Program-made: the position numbers and the translations under genes | Part shown: one piece after another, positions 26,990-37,964 of the stretch | Layout: every line of letters begins with the position of its first letter | How positions within the stretch are numbered: position 1 is the stretch's first letter | Notes under the pieces: generated by a model | What the model saw: only the letters and a program-made list of their open reading frames with translations | Told to the model about the DNA's origin: nothing | The model's database searches: none | Assembly (NCBI GenBank): GCA_965116875.1 | Contig: OZ220733.1 | Coordinates: 3,296,001-3,360,000, forward strand | Origin: Candidatus Latescibacterota bacterium | GTDB taxonomy: Bacteria > Latescibacterota > UBA2968 > GCA-2709665 | Length of the DNA stretch: 64,000 nt | Reading direction: 5' to 3'

Positions 26990-28432
26990 ATGAACGACGG
27001 TGAAAACGGGATCCGGCTGGAGTTGGCGGATGAGACGCTGCCGCCGACCGTCCAGTCGTCAGACATTCGGAATATCGACGACAGTCTGGGCGAGATCCAC
27101 GATCTGTTCGCGAAGGAGGCGTCGATTGCGGCGGATACCCTGGCGCGGTACGGCCGGGCCTGGACGCGCAGCCATCTGCAGGTTGGGGATATCAGACGGA
27201 CGGTGGAGTTGGCGAATCGCGCGCGGGACGAATTCGCGGCGCTCGTCACTCTGGGGATCGGGGGGTCCGACCTGAGCGCGCGGGTCTTTCACGATGTGCT
27301 GAATCCCGCGTACCACAACCTGCTGCCGGCGGACGAACGGGGCGGGGCGCCCGAAGTCTATTTCGCGGGGGATACGTTCGACCCCCGCCGGCTGGTGGCC
27401 TTGCTGGACATGCTGACCCGGCGCGGATTGCTGGACCGCACCCTGTTTAACGTGATCAGCAAATCCGGGCGCACGGTCGAGACCGGCAGCGCGTTGATGG
27501 TGGTGCGGGACTGGATCTCACGTCACACGCCAGGGGCCGCGAATGGCTGGAGCAGGCAGATTGTAGCTACAACCGGCCGGGACGCCGGAAGCGCGCTGTC
27601 TGAATTGCACCGGAAGCGTCCATTTTACGGCGACGCGCTGTTGCCCGTACCGGAGGGCGTGGGCGGCAGGTTTTCGGCATTTTCACCCGTGGGGACGTTT
27701 TTTCTGGCGATGACGGCCGCAACGGGGATTTCTCCCGGTTCGCGCGTTCGGGAATTGCTGGACGGGGTGGGTTGGGCCGATGCCCACTGGCGCCTGCCCT
27801 GGCGGGACGAGCGAAACATCGCCTGCCGCCTCGCCCGGTGGCTGCATCTCCAAGAGGTGTACGGCGGGAAGCGGGCGCTCGTATTCTACAATTACGCGGA
27901 CGACCGCCGACTCGGAGACTGGTTTCAGCAGCTCTATGACGAATCGCTGCAGGAGCGGGAAGACGGCCTGCACGTCGTACCCGCCGTCGGGCCGGCGGCC
28001 AACCACTCCATCCTGAACGGCATCGTGGGCGGGCGTTCGGACCGGGCCGTTCTATTCGTGCACTGGGAGGATCTGGGGCCCGATATTGACATACCGGAGG
28101 GTGCGGATATCGGCGGTGAGACGGCCGTGCTCGGCGGGCTTCGGATGGGCGAGGCGCAGTCAGCCTCGTACCGGGGCACGGCCGCGGATTTTTCCGGGCG
28201 CGGGATTCCGAGCGCAACGCTGCACGCGGCACGGCGGGACGAAAGACACCTTGGCGCATTGATGCGGGTCCTGATGGATACCGTTGCGGTGAAGGGACGG
28301 CTGCAGGGCCTCCACGTCAACGATGCGGGAGAAGTGGATCCGTCCGCAGATCTCACCTACTCGCAGGCCGGGGTTGAAGGGTCCAAACGGCGCACCCGCG
28401 ATCTGGCGCTTCAGATGAAATCCCCGAGCTGA
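26990..28432 (+). CDS. pgi: Glucose-6-phosphate isomerase (divergent)
   Basis: LGIGGSDL, ISKSGRTVET, VGGRFSAFS, QQLYDES, NHS, QAGVEGSK. Confidence 0.8.
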   Translation: MNDGENGIRLELADETLPPTVQSSDIRNIDDSLGEIHDLFAKEASIAADTLARYGRAWTRSHLQVGDIRRTVELANRARDEFAALVTLGIGGSDLSARVFHDVLNPAYHNLLPADERGGAPEVYFAGDTFDPRRLVALLDMLTRRGLLDRTLFNVISKSGRTVETGSALMVVRDWISRHTPGAANGWSRQIVATTGRDAGSALSELHRKRPFYGDALLPVPEGVGGRFSAFSPVGTFFLAMTAATGISPGSRVRELLDGVGWADAHWRLPWRDERNIACRLARWLHLQEVYGGKRALVFYNYADDRRLGDWFQQLYDESLQEREDGLHVVPAVGPAANHSILNGIVGGRSDRAVLFVHWEDLGPDIDIPEGADIGGETAVLGGLRMGEAQSASYRGTAADFSGRGIPSATLHAARRDERHLGALMRVLMDTVAVKGRLQGLHVNDAGEVDPSADLTYSQAGVEGSKRRTRDLALQMKSPS

Positions 28433-28561
28433 GACAGCGGAGCCGGTCCGGAATCAGTTCGCCGGGGGACCGGGCCGGGGTTTCTTTTTGTGCCGCCATT
28501 TTGTTCTGGTTATCTTGACGGCGGGAACCGATTCTCCAAAAGAGAGCAAAGGAGCGGAACG

Positions 28562-30754
28562 ATGGCGGTTGAAATTGGCGGCTTGAGGGTTGAAGAAGTC
28601 CTTTACGATCTGGTCAGGAACGAGATCGCACCGGGCACGGACGTGGACCCGGATGCATTCTGGACGGCGCTGGGAGAGATCGTCCGGGACCTCGGTCCGG
28701 GAAACCGGGAATTGTTGGACATGCGGGACAGGATCCAGGAGAAGATGGACGGGTGGTACCGCGAGAGGAAGGGCCGGCCGATTGACGCGGAGGAGTACCG
28801 AAGTTTTCTGACCGATATCGGCTACCTGGCGCCGGAGGGCGACCATTTCGAGTTGACCACCGCCCGGGTAGACCCCGAAATCGCAACGGTGGCCGGCCCC
28901 CAGTTGGTGGTTCCCGTGGACAATGCCCGGTATGCGCTGAATGCGGCCAATGCGCGCTGGGGGAGTCTCTACGACGCGCTGTACGGAACCAACGTGATTC
29001 CGGAGGAACCCGGGGCGGAGAAGGGCGAAGCCTACAACCCGGTCCGAGGCGCGAAGGTGATCGACGCGGCAGAGGCGTTTCTGGACGACGCGGCGGGTCT
29101 GGCATCCGGGCGTTACTCGGAGGTCACGCGATTTGCGATTGTGGAAGAGGACGGTGTCGGTCGACTCGTGGCGACGCTCCGGGACGGCAGGGACATCGGC
29201 CTGGCGAATCCGGATCAGTTCCGCGGATATCGAAGAGACGGCGGCGATCTCTCGGCGGTGCTGCTGGTGAACAACGGGCTGCACATCGAGATCCGGATCG
29301 ACCGGAGCCATCCGGTGGGCGCCGCGCATCCGGCGGGCGTCAGGGACGTACTTCTGGAGGCGGCGGTGACGACGATCCAGGATTGCGAGGATTCGGTGTC
29401 GGCCGTGGACGCGGAGGACAAGGCGCTGGTATACGGAAACTGGAACGGCATCATGCGGGGTACGCTGGAGACGACCTTCGAAAAGGGCGGCCGGCAAATG
29501 ACGCGGCGGCTGAGCCCGGACCGGAAGTTTACGGCGCCTGACGGCGGGAAACTCACGCTGCCGTGCCGCAGCCTTCTGCTGGTACGGAACGTCGGCATCC
29601 ATATGTACACCGACAGCGTGACGACTGCCGGCAGGGAGGAAATCCCCGAGGGATTCCTGGATGCGATGGTGACCGCGCTCGCGGCAAAACACGATCTGAA
29701 GCGGCAGGGGGAATTCGTCAACAGCGGCGCGGGCAGCATCTACATCGTGAAACCCAAGCTGCACGGCCCGGAAGAGGTGGCGGCCACGATCGATCTGTTC
29801 GAACGCGTGGAGGCGGCGCTGGGTCTGGAGCGCAACACGATCAAGATCGGCATTATGGATGAAGAGCGACGGACGACCGTGAATCTGAAGGCGGCGATCC
29901 GCCAGGCGAGGGATCGGGTGGTGTTCATCAACACAGGTTTTCTGGACCGTACCGGCGACGAGATCCACACGAGCATGGAGGCCGGTCCGATGCATCCGAA
30001 GGCCGACATCAGGGCGCAGCCGTGGCTCGCGGCGTACGAGGACTGGAACGTGGACGTGGGGGTGGAGACCGGTTTCAGCGGCCGCGGACAGATCGGGAAA
30101 GGGATGTGGACGATGCCGGACGAGATGCGCGATATGGTGGAGACCAAGATCGGACATCCGGAATCGGGGGCCAGCACCGCATGGGTGCCGTCTCCCACCG
30201 CGGCGGTGCTGCACGCCATGCACTATCACCGGGTGGACGTGGCGGCGAGGCAGGCGGAACTTGCCCGGCGCGAGCGGGCGAGTCTGGACGAAATCCTGAC
30301 GCCGCCGCTGTTGGACCGGGATCTGACGGAGGACGAGATCCAGCGGGAGCTGGACAACAATGCACAGGGTATTCTGGGTTACGTGGTGCGGTGGGTGGAC
30401 CAGGGCGTGGGATGCTCGAAGGTACCGGATATCCACGACGTGGGACTGATGGAGGACCGTGCGACGCTGCGGATTTCCAGCCAGCATATCGCCAACTGGC
30501 TGCATCACGGAATCGTGAGCCGGGCGCAGGTGCGAGCGACGTTCGAGAAGATGGCGGCACTTGTGGACGAGCAGAACAGCGGAGATCCGGACTATCGGAA
30601 TATGGCGCCGGACTTCGAGCAGAGCATCGCGTTTCAGGCCGCGCTGGACCTGGTGTTCGAGGGCGTGGCGGAGCCGAACGGCTACACCGAACGGGTGCTG
30701 CATCAGCGGCGGAGGGAAGTGAAGGAGCGGGTAGACGTAAGACGTGAGACGTGA
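28562..30754 (+). CDS. glcB: Malate synthase G
   Basis: AAGGAG RBS; [75 protein letters not shown]. Confidence 0.97.
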   Translation: MAVEIGGLRVEEVLYDLVRNEIAPGTDVDPDAFWTALGEIVRDLGPGNRELLDMRDRIQEKMDGWYRERKGRPIDAEEYRSFLTDIGYLAPEGDHFELTTARVDPEIATVAGPQLVVPVDNARYALNAANARWGSLYDALYGTNVIPEEPGAEKGEAYNPVRGAKVIDAAEAFLDDAAGLASGRYSEVTRFAIVEEDGVGRLVATLRDGRDIGLANPDQFRGYRRDGGDLSAVLLVNNGLHIEIRIDRSHPVGAAHPAGVRDVLLEAAVTTIQDCEDSVSAVDAEDKALVYGNWNGIMRGTLETTFEKGGRQMTRRLSPDRKFTAPDGGKLTLPCRSLLLVRNVGIHMYTDSVTTAGREEIPEGFLDAMVTALAAKHDLKRQGEFVNSGAGSIYIVKPKLHGPEEVAATIDLFERVEAALGLERNTIKIGIMDEERRTTVNLKAAIRQARDRVVFINTGFLDRTGDEIHTSMEAGPMHPKADIRAQPWLAAYEDWNVDVGVETGFSGRGQIGKGMWTMPDEMRDMVETKIGHPESGASTAWVPSPTAAVLHAMHYHRVDVAARQAELARRERASLDEILTPPLLDRDLTEDEIQRELDNNAQGILGYVVRWVDQGVGCSKVPDIHDVGLMEDRATLRISSQHIANWLHHGIVSRAQVRATFEKMAALVDEQNSGDPDYRNMAPDFEQSIAFQAALDLVFEGVAEPNGYTERVLHQRRREVKERVDVRRET

Positions 30755-30859
30755 GAGATTGTCTGCCCTGTACGGTGACATCGCTTGCCGCAGGCATAAA
30801 GGAGAACCAATCGGGCAAGGACGTCTTCTACCGTCTACCGTCTAACGTCTCACCGTTTC
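30731..30859. repeat. Two inverted arrays of heptamer repeats at the glcB 3' end
   Basis: gtagacgtaagacgtgagacgtgagag and, about 60 nt later, cgtctaccgtctaacgtctcaccgtttca. Confidence 0.6.
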
Positions 30860-30869
30860 ATGTTGTCCA

Positions 30870-30897
30870 TTGACTTTTCCCGGGTGGATATTAACTT
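30870..30897 (+). promoter_or_regulatory. Candidate sigma70 promoter for the molybdo-flavoenzyme operon
   Basis: TTGACT-16 nt-TAACTT upstream of AAGGAG RBS. Confidence 0.45.
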
Positions 30898-30947
30898 AAG
30901 CACAGATTTTTCTGCAGTACTACAAGCGCAATAAAGGAGAACGGGAT

Positions 30948-33134
30948 ATGCAGGCCGCAGGCGAGTTGAAATCCGTGGGAAAACCGGTGGCCAGGCTGAA
31001 CGGCCCGGATATCGTGACGGGAAGGATTCAGTACGCCGACGATATCCAGCTACCCGGCATGTTATACGGCCGTATTCTGCGCAGCCCGCACGGTCACGCG
31101 CGCATTCGGAAGATCGATACGTCCAGAGCCAAAGCGCTGCCCGGGGTGGTGGACGTGGTGTGCGGCCTGGATGTGCCGAACCTGACGATTTTCGAGTCCA
31201 GGGAGGTCTGCTACCAGGGTCAGAAGGTGGCGGCGGTGGCTGCCGTGGATCCGGATATCGCGGAGGACGCCCTGGCGCTGATCGAGGTGGACTATGAGGT
31301 ATTGCCCGCGGTCGTGGATCCCGTGGACGCCCTGGATCCCGACGCCCCGGAGGCCGTTCTGGGGGCGCCGACGGAGGACGTAAAGGCGCCGGACGGACGC
31401 AAATTGCAGAACGTGACGGCCTATAATGTCCTGGAAGAGGGGGACGTCGAGCGGGGACTCGCGGATGCGGACGCGATCGTCGAGGCAGAATACCAGGTGC
31501 CCTTTTTCAACCAGACGTACATGGAGCCGAACGCGGCCACGGCGCGCGTGGAGGCGGACGGGCGGCTGACCGTCTGGGCCGCCGGTCAGGGTACGTTCAC
31601 CAAGCGGGAAGGCCTCGCGGAGGCGCTGAACATCCCCGAGGGACGCATACGGGTGATCATGACCGAAACCGGCGGCAGCTTCGGCGGAAAGAACCGGATC
31701 AATATCGAAGCGCATACGGCGCTGCTGGCCATGCGTACGGGCCGCCCCGTGAGGCTGACGATAAACCGCGGGGAGGACTTTCGCGACAGCCGCCCGGGGC
31801 CGGGATGCTGGGTGCGGTTGAAAACAGGGGCACGCAAGGACGGGACGCTAACGGCCGTTGAGGGGCGGATCGTGTGGGACGGCGGCGTAATGGGTAGCGG
31901 CGGCGCCGCCAACCGGCTGCTGGGACCGTACAGGATTCCGAATTTCAGGCTGGAAGGCATGGCCGTGCGAACGAACAAGCCGGGACCGGGGGCGTATCGG
32001 GCGCCCGGAGGACCGCAGACGGCGCTTGCCAGGGAGTCCAACCTGGACATGGTCGCCCACAAGCTGGGGATCGACCCGGTGGAGATCCGTTTGAAGAACG
32101 GGCTTGGCAAGGGCGATCAGCCGCTCATACAGCACGACTGGTTGATAGACACCATCCGGAAAACCGCGGAAGCCGCAGAATGGGGCCGCCGGGAACTGAA
32201 ACCCAACCAGGGCATGGGTATCGCCGTGGGGGACTGGCACAACGCCGCTGGCCCAACCAACGCGTTCGTGACGATGTCGGCGGATGGATCTGTGGCCCTC
32301 GTGACCGGGCAGGTGGACATCACCGGCCTGCATACGGTGATGGCGCAGGTTGCGGCCGAGGAACTGGGCGTGCCCGTGGAACAGGTGACGGTGCGGCTGG
32401 GAGATACGGACACGGCGCCCTATGCGTCGTTGAGCGCGGGAAGCAAGGCGGCCTATTCCGCCGGTACGGCTGCTCGCGAGGCTGCCCGCGAGGCCAGGGA
32501 TCAGCTGTTGCGGATGGCATCGGAAAAGCTGGAAGCCGCCGTGGACGACCTGGTCATCGCCGACCGGCAGGTGCAAATCGTGGGTTCTCCGGACCATGCC
32601 ATCGGCCTGGGCGAACTGGCCGCCGAGGCGATCGAGTCCAGCGGCGCCGTCAACGGCCGGTGCGTCCTGAGCAGCATACCCACCTATCCCTCCTATTCGG
32701 TGAACGTCGCCACCGTCGAGGTGGACCCGGGCACGGGGCAGGTGAGGCTGCTCGATCTGGTCGCAGGCCAGGACGTGGGCCGCGCGCTCAATCCCCTGCT
32801 CGTGGAGGGCCAGATGCAGGGCGGCGCCATTCAGTCGATCGGATTCGGCCTGATGGAAGGGTACCGGTACGACGAGAAAGGCGGGATGCTGAATCCCAAT
32901 CTGCTGGACTACGCGATCCCCACGGCGCTGGACGTGCCGAACATCCGGACGGTGATGGTCGAGGACCCGTGCGAGCACGGACCGTACGGGGGCAAGGGCG
33001 TGGGTGAGCCGCCCATCATTCCGGGCGGCGCGGCGGTGGCAAACGCGATCTACGATGCGGTGGGCGCCCGGGTCCGGGAACTGCCCATGACGCCGGAGCG
33101 GGTGGCTGCGGCGTTGCGTGAAGCCGACAATTGA
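30948..33134 (+). CDS. Xanthine dehydrogenase/aldehyde oxidase family molybdopterin-binding subunit
   Basis: RSPHGHARI, GGSFGGK, AYRAPGGPQ, EGQMQGG, KGVGEPP. Confidence 0.92.
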   Translation: MQAAGELKSVGKPVARLNGPDIVTGRIQYADDIQLPGMLYGRILRSPHGHARIRKIDTSRAKALPGVVDVVCGLDVPNLTIFESREVCYQGQKVAAVAAVDPDIAEDALALIEVDYEVLPAVVDPVDALDPDAPEAVLGAPTEDVKAPDGRKLQNVTAYNVLEEGDVERGLADADAIVEAEYQVPFFNQTYMEPNAATARVEADGRLTVWAAGQGTFTKREGLAEALNIPEGRIRVIMTETGGSFGGKNRINIEAHTALLAMRTGRPVRLTINRGEDFRDSRPGPGCWVRLKTGARKDGTLTAVEGRIVWDGGVMGSGGAANRLLGPYRIPNFRLEGMAVRTNKPGPGAYRAPGGPQTALARESNLDMVAHKLGIDPVEIRLKNGLGKGDQPLIQHDWLIDTIRKTAEAAEWGRRELKPNQGMGIAVGDWHNAAGPTNAFVTMSADGSVALVTGQVDITGLHTVMAQVAAEELGVPVEQVTVRLGDTDTAPYASLSAGSKAAYSAGTAAREAAREARDQLLRMASEKLEAAVDDLVIADRQVQIVGSPDHAIGLGELAAEAIESSGAVNGRCVLSSIPTYPSYSVNVATVEVDPGTGQVRLLDLVAGQDVGRALNPLLVEGQMQGGAIQSIGFGLMEGYRYDEKGGMLNPNLLDYAIPTALDVPNIRTVMVEDPCEHGPYGGKGVGEPPIIPGGAAVANAIYDAVGARVRELPMTPERVAAALREADN

Positions 33135-33158
33135 CCGGTCGTTAAGGAGGTTTGGGTT

Positions 33159-34055
33159 GTGAATCGTTTCGAGTATTTCGCGCCTGAAACCGTCCGGGAG
33201 GCGGCGGAGGTGCTGCAGGCCCACCCCCGGGCGAGGGTGCTGGCCGGAGGGACCGACCTGCTCGTACAGATGAAGGAACGGGCGCGGACTCCCGACACGC
33301 TGGTGGACGTCAGAAGGATTCCGGGCGTGGATGAACTCCGCTTCGACCGAAAGACCGGGCTGACGATCGGGGCGGCCGTGACCATGCGCCAGGTGGAACT
33401 CATGCCGGCCGCGCAGTCGCACTATCCGGGACTGGCCGATGGCGCCCGCGTGGTGGGTTCCTTCCAGATCAGAAACCTCGCCACGATCGTTGGCAATATC
33501 TGCAATGCGGCGCCATCCGCGGATGCGGCGCCGGGATTGATCGTGCATGGCGCGAAGGTGAAAATCGCCGGTCCGAACGGACGGCGGACGATGCTCGTGG
33601 AGAATTTCATGACCGGTCCCGGCAGGACCGTGCTCGAGGTGGGCGAGTTCGTGACCGGCATTCAGGTTCCCATCCCGCCTCCGCGAACCGGGTCCGCCTA
33701 TGTTCGGCATACGCCCCGGGGCGCGATGGATATCGCGATGGTGGGTGTGGGCGCTGCCGTGACGCTGGCGCCGCGTACTCGCGCCTGTCAGGACGCACGT
33801 ATCGTCCTGGGCGCCGTGGCGCCAACACCTCTGCGGGCGAAGGCTGCAGAGCGAATGCTGAAGGGACAGCGGCTCACCGAGGGGCTGGTCGCGGACGCAG
33901 CGGACGTGGCCGCGACGGAAGCCCGGCCGATCAGCGACGTTCGCGGCTCGGCGGATTTCCGGCGCGAGATGGTGCGGGTGATGACGGGGCGGATGGTGAG
34001 TGCGGCGTTCGGGAACGCGCAGGAACGGTCGAGCAACAAAAGGAGGGCGGCGTGA
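33159..34055 (+). CDS. Xanthine dehydrogenase family FAD-binding subunit
   Basis: LAGGTDL, QIRNLATIVGNICNAAPSAD, PISDVRGSA. Confidence 0.92.
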   Translation: MNRFEYFAPETVREAAEVLQAHPRARVLAGGTDLLVQMKERARTPDTLVDVRRIPGVDELRFDRKTGLTIGAAVTMRQVELMPAAQSHYPGLADGARVVGSFQIRNLATIVGNICNAAPSADAAPGLIVHGAKVKIAGPNGRRTMLVENFMTGPGRTVLEVGEFVTGIQVPIPPPRTGSAYVRHTPRGAMDIAMVGVGAAVTLAPRTRACQDARIVLGAVAPTPLRAKAAERMLKGQRLTEGLVADAADVAATEARPISDVRGSADFRREMVRVMTGRMVSAAFGNAQERSSNKRRAA

Positions 34056-34549
34056 ACCACCAGATCAAACTGAACGTAAACGGCACGGTTCATGACCTTT
34101 CTCTCGAACCGCGCAAGACGCTGCTGGCCGTATTGAGGGATCGACTTGGACTGACCGGCACCAAGGAGGGATGCTCCACCGGCGATTGCGGCGCATGCAC
34201 GGTGCTGATTGACGGCGAGCCCGTCACGTCCTGCCTGGTGCTTGCCGTTGCCGCCGCGGGACGCGAAGTAACGACCGTGGAGGGCGTGGCGGACGTTGAC
34301 GCGCTTCATCCGGTTCAGGAGGCCATGGTCAGTATGGGTGGGCTGCAGTGCGGTTTCTGCACGCCGGGATTCATCGTCTCCTCCTACGGCCTTCTCCAGA
34401 AGAACGCCGCGCCTTCGGAGGACGAAATCCGGCGCGCGCTTGCCGGCAATCTCTGTCGCTGCACGGGGTATACGAAGATCGTGGAGGCCGTACAGGAGGC
34501 CGCGAGGCGAATGGATGGAAAGAAGGGCGGAAAACGGGCGGCCGCGTAA
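34052..34549 (+). CDS. Xanthine dehydrogenase family 2Fe-2S subunit
   Basis: GCSTGDCGACTV..SC, QCGFCTPG, NLCRCTGY. Confidence 0.95.
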   Translation: MNHQIKLNVNGTVHDLSLEPRKTLLAVLRDRLGLTGTKEGCSTGDCGACTVLIDGEPVTSCLVLAVAAAGREVTTVEGVADVDALHPVQEAMVSMGGLQCGFCTPGFIVSSYGLLQKNAAPSEDEIRRALAGNLCRCTGYTKIVEAVQEAARRMDGKKGGKRAAA

Positions 34550-34732
34550 ATCGGCGGATTCAACAGATGAATTGAGTTTCACCGAATACGCCGTGTCGAA
34601 TGACGCGGCGTTGTTCGGTTTCGGGAGGAGAACGGAGCGCGAGGCATATCGGCAAGATATCCATTTCCCAGATATGTCGATCATGCGGAACGGCTCTTCA
34701 AGCTGAATCGAAACAGGAGGGTTGAAAGTACA

Positions 34733-35752
34733 ATGGCGAGGTTCAAGGCAGGCATCATCGGATGCGGGGGCAGGGGCCGTGGGCATGCGCAGGGGTATGC
34801 CGCATCGTCCGAAGTCGAAATCGCAGCGTGTGCGGATCCGGTGGAGGAGGCACGGGCGAACCTGGCGGAACAGTTCGAGGTTTCGCGGACGTACGGGGAC
34901 TACCGGGAGATGTTGGACCGGGAGGACCTTGATTTCGTCAGTGTGTGTACCTGGATCGGGATGCATCGGGAGATGGTCGTGGCGGCGGCCGAGAGCGGCG
35001 CGCGGGCCATCCATGCGGAGAAGCCCATGGCGCCCACGTGGGGCGATGCAAAGGCGATGTACCGGGCGTGCGTCGACCGCGACGTCACAATCACGTTCTG
35101 TCACCAGAGGCGATTCGAGGAACCGTTCAAAATGGCAAGATCCCTCGCGCGGGACGGGGCGATCGGCCGGCTGGTGCGTGTTGAGGGCGCGTGTCCCAAT
35201 CTGCTGGACTGGGGCACGCACTGGTTTGACATGTTTTTCTTCTACAATGACGACGCGCCCGCCGAGTGGGTGTTGGGACAGATCGACGCGTCGGAAGAGC
35301 GGGAAGTCTTCGGTGTTGAGGTTGAGGCGGGCGGTCTTGCGTGGGTGCGCTGGCGCAATGGGCTGGAAGGCTTGCTCGCCACGGGCGACGCGGCCCTGAG
35401 CGGTGTCGCGAACCGGCTGATCGGCACGGACGGAGTCATCGAGGTGATTGGAGGGCGAGACAACGTCCCGATCCGGGTTATGCGCTCCGGCTCGAACTGG
35501 GAGGTGCCTGAACTGCCGGGGCCCCAGGTGAATCCGACCGTTCTCTCCGTGCTGGATCTCATCGATTGCGTCAAAACGGGGCGCGAACCGGTGTTGAGCG
35601 GCCGGAAGGCGCTGCAGGCGACGGAGCTGATCTTTGCGACCTACGAGTCCAGCCGCCGCCGAGGCAGGGTGGACCTGCCCCTGGACGTCGACGATTCGGC
35701 GCTGTTGACGATGTTGCATGACGGGGCGATCGGTCCGGACAGAACCGGGTGA
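34733..35752 (+). CDS. Gfo/Idh/MocA family oxidoreductase
   Basis: AGIIGCG, AEKPMA, DWGTHWFD. Confidence 0.88.
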   Translation: MARFKAGIIGCGGRGRGHAQGYAASSEVEIAACADPVEEARANLAEQFEVSRTYGDYREMLDREDLDFVSVCTWIGMHREMVVAAAESGARAIHAEKPMAPTWGDAKAMYRACVDRDVTITFCHQRRFEEPFKMARSLARDGAIGRLVRVEGACPNLLDWGTHWFDMFFFYNDDAPAEWVLGQIDASEEREVFGVEVEAGGLAWVRWRNGLEGLLATGDAALSGVANRLIGTDGVIEVIGGRDNVPIRVMRSGSNWEVPELPGPQVNPTVLSVLDLIDCVKTGREPVLSGRKALQATELIFATYESSRRRGRVDLPLDVDDSALLTMLHDGAIGPDRTG

Positions 35753-35823
35753 CTTGACATGGGCGGGGCGGGTTGGCGGTTCCTGATGACATTTAATCGA
35801 CGCCATCAGACAGAAAGGCAATC

Positions 35824-36111
35824 ATGCTACCGGAAAATCGCATCCCAACGCATCCAGGGGAGGTTCTCCTTGAAGAATTCCTTAAACCCATGGATATGAC
35901 CCAGGTGGCGTTCGCAAGTCACATCCAGGTTCCGCTTCAGAGGGTTAATGAAATCGTGAATGGAAAGCGCGGAATAACACCGGAGACCGCGTGGCTGTTT
36001 TCACAAGCGCTGGGAACAACGCCGGAGTTATGGCTGAACCTTCAACGAAATCATGATCTGGCCAGAAGCCGGCCCAACCGGAAGATCCGGAAGCTTCGCG
36101 CGACGGGATAA
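35824..36111 (+). CDS. higA: HigA-family addiction module antitoxin (HTH)
   Basis: THPGEVLLEEFLKP, NEIVNGKRGITPETA, WLNLQ. Confidence 0.9.
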   Translation: MLPENRIPTHPGEVLLEEFLKPMDMTQVAFASHIQVPLQRVNEIVNGKRGITPETAWLFSQALGTTPELWLNLQRNHDLARSRPNRKIRKLRATG

Positions 36112-36135
36112 ATGCAGGTTCACAAGGAGGATGTC

Positions 36136-36777
36136 GTGAGTTTTCAGGTGTATGACTATCGCAACGACATAGGTAACATGCTCGTCACGCCCTGGATCCG
36201 GTCCCGTTTCCTGCGGATGGAGCCGGGAGCGTCCGCGGACCTGCACAGCCACGACCTGGGCCACGAGATCTTTCTCGTACTCGCCGGCCGGGCCGAGTTT
36301 ACGATCGACGGCGGTATTCGGGAGGTGGGTCCCGGGCAACTGTGCATCGCGCTGGCGGATGAGATCCACTCGGTGCGGACCGTGGGCGTTGAACCGATGA
36401 CGATGTACCTGTCCGTCACGCCGCACATCCAGCCCACGCATACCGGGAGGACCGCGGACGGCGAACGGATGCCCACACGCTTCGCGCCGTCGCGTTCGTA
36501 CGACGTGGCGCCGGATGACGCGACATCGATGGCGGAGGTCGTCGGCGCCTGCCTCGAAACCTCCCGGGCCCTTGCGCGCGACACGGCGGCGCTCGCGAGT
36601 ATACATGAGGAAACCGCGGATCGACTTCTGGGTCGCAGCAGGGAGGACGCCGTCGAGGCCCGCAAGGCCGTGTGGGATGCGCTTTGCAGGGTGTACCGGC
36701 GGGCCTACGACCTTGCGGACGGATGGAACGCGCTGGCGGACCGGGTTGAACGGTTGCCGGAAGGCAGGGAAGGATAA
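36136..36777 (+). CDS. Cupin domain protein
   Basis: AAGGAGG RBS before GTG 36136; HSHDLGHEIF and DEIHSV cupin motifs. Confidence 0.8.
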   Translation: MSFQVYDYRNDIGNMLVTPWIRSRFLRMEPGASADLHSHDLGHEIFLVLAGRAEFTIDGGIREVGPGQLCIALADEIHSVRTVGVEPMTMYLSVTPHIQPTHTGRTADGERMPTRFAPSRSYDVAPDDATSMAEVVGACLETSRALARDTAALASIHEETADRLLGRSREDAVEARKAVWDALCRVYRRAYDLADGWNALADRVERLPEGREG

Positions 36778-36782
36778 ACCCG

Positions 36783-37874
36783 ATGGCTCCCGTCAAGTTG
36801 GGCGTGGTGGGATGCGGAGCAATTGCACAGGTACAGCACCTGCCGAATCTGGCCGGACTGACCGAAGAGTTCGAGGTCACGGCCGTCTGCGATCTGTCGC
36901 CCGGACTGGCTCGCTGGGCCGCGAAGACGTTCCACGTACCCGCACGGTTTACGGATTTTCGCCGGCTCGTCAGATCGGACGACGTGGAGGCGGTGCTCCT
37001 CTGCCACTCAGACCCGAAGACAGATGCTGCCGTGGCCGCACTGGGCGCGGGAAAGCACGTGCTCATCGAAAAGCCGGTCTGCTTTTCGCTACGTGAGGCG
37101 GATGCGATCGCCGGCGCCGCCGGGCGGGCCGGTGTGGTTGCCCAGGCAGGTTACATGAAAGTGTACGATCCGGCGTTCGAGACCGCAAAAGCCGAAGTGG
37201 ACGAAATGGACGACATTCGCTTCGTTCAGGTGAATCATCTGCATCCGGACAACCGGCTTCATCTGCGCCAGTTCAGGTTGAAACGGTTCGACGATCTGCC
37301 GTCGGGTCCCGTGTCAGAGACGCATGCAGCCAGGAAAGCGGCGGTACTGGAAGCGATCGGCGAAGCGCCCGATGACGCGGTCCGCACGTTTCATACGCTG
37401 TCGGGAAGCATGATCCACGATCTCTACTGTCTTCGCACGATGCTGGGGATGCCCGAGTCGGTTGTCAGTACGGAGGTGTGGAACGAGGGACGTTCGATTT
37501 CGACCGTATTGTCATACAGCAACGGCGCGCGTTGCGTCGCGTCCTGGGTCGACCTGCCCGATCTCTGGGACTTTAAGGAGACGCTGGAAGTGTACGGCTG
37601 CGACCGGCGGGTACTGGTTTCGTATCCTACCGGATTCGCGCGCGGCATTCTGTCCACCGTTGTCCTTCATGAGATCCATGAAACCGGGGAGACGTCAACC
37701 CGGCGGCCGGCGGTGGCGTGGGAGAGCCCCTTTGTGCGAGAACTGCGTCACTTTCACGCGTGCATTACAGGACAGGAAGCATGTCGGACACCCGTAGTGG
37801 ACGCGCGGGAGGATATCAGGTTGATTATCGACGTTACACGTTCCTATATGGAGCGCGGGCCGAAATCAGTTTAG
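36783..37874 (+). CDS. Gfo/Idh/MocA family oxidoreductase
   Basis: GVVGCGAIA, GKHVLIEKP. Confidence 0.88.
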   Translation: MAPVKLGVVGCGAIAQVQHLPNLAGLTEEFEVTAVCDLSPGLARWAAKTFHVPARFTDFRRLVRSDDVEAVLLCHSDPKTDAAVAALGAGKHVLIEKPVCFSLREADAIAGAAGRAGVVAQAGYMKVYDPAFETAKAEVDEMDDIRFVQVNHLHPDNRLHLRQFRLKRFDDLPSGPVSETHAARKAAVLEAIGEAPDDAVRTFHTLSGSMIHDLYCLRTMLGMPESVVSTEVWNEGRSISTVLSYSNGARCVASWVDLPDLWDFKETLEVYGCDRRVLVSYPTGFARGILSTVVLHEIHETGETSTRRPAVAWESPFVRELRHFHACITGQEACRTPVVDAREDIRLIIDVTRSYMERGPKSV

Positions 37875-37902
37875 CAGAAAGATGACAGCGAAAAAATGAA
37901 AC

Positions 37903-37935
37903 AGCCCGGGATGTTCTCCGGGCTTTCCTTTTTTT
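37903..37935 (+). terminator. Intrinsic terminator
   Basis: agcccggga-tgttc-tccgggct followed by a T tract, between convergent genes. Confidence 0.7.
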
Positions 37936-37964
37936 ACGAAACTTCAAATCGGACAAATCTCCTG

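Noticed and set aside
30948-34549. Aerobic CO dehydrogenase (coxLMS)
   Set aside because: The active-site loop is AYRAPG, not AYxCSFR (form I) or AYxGAGR (form II); substrate unknown
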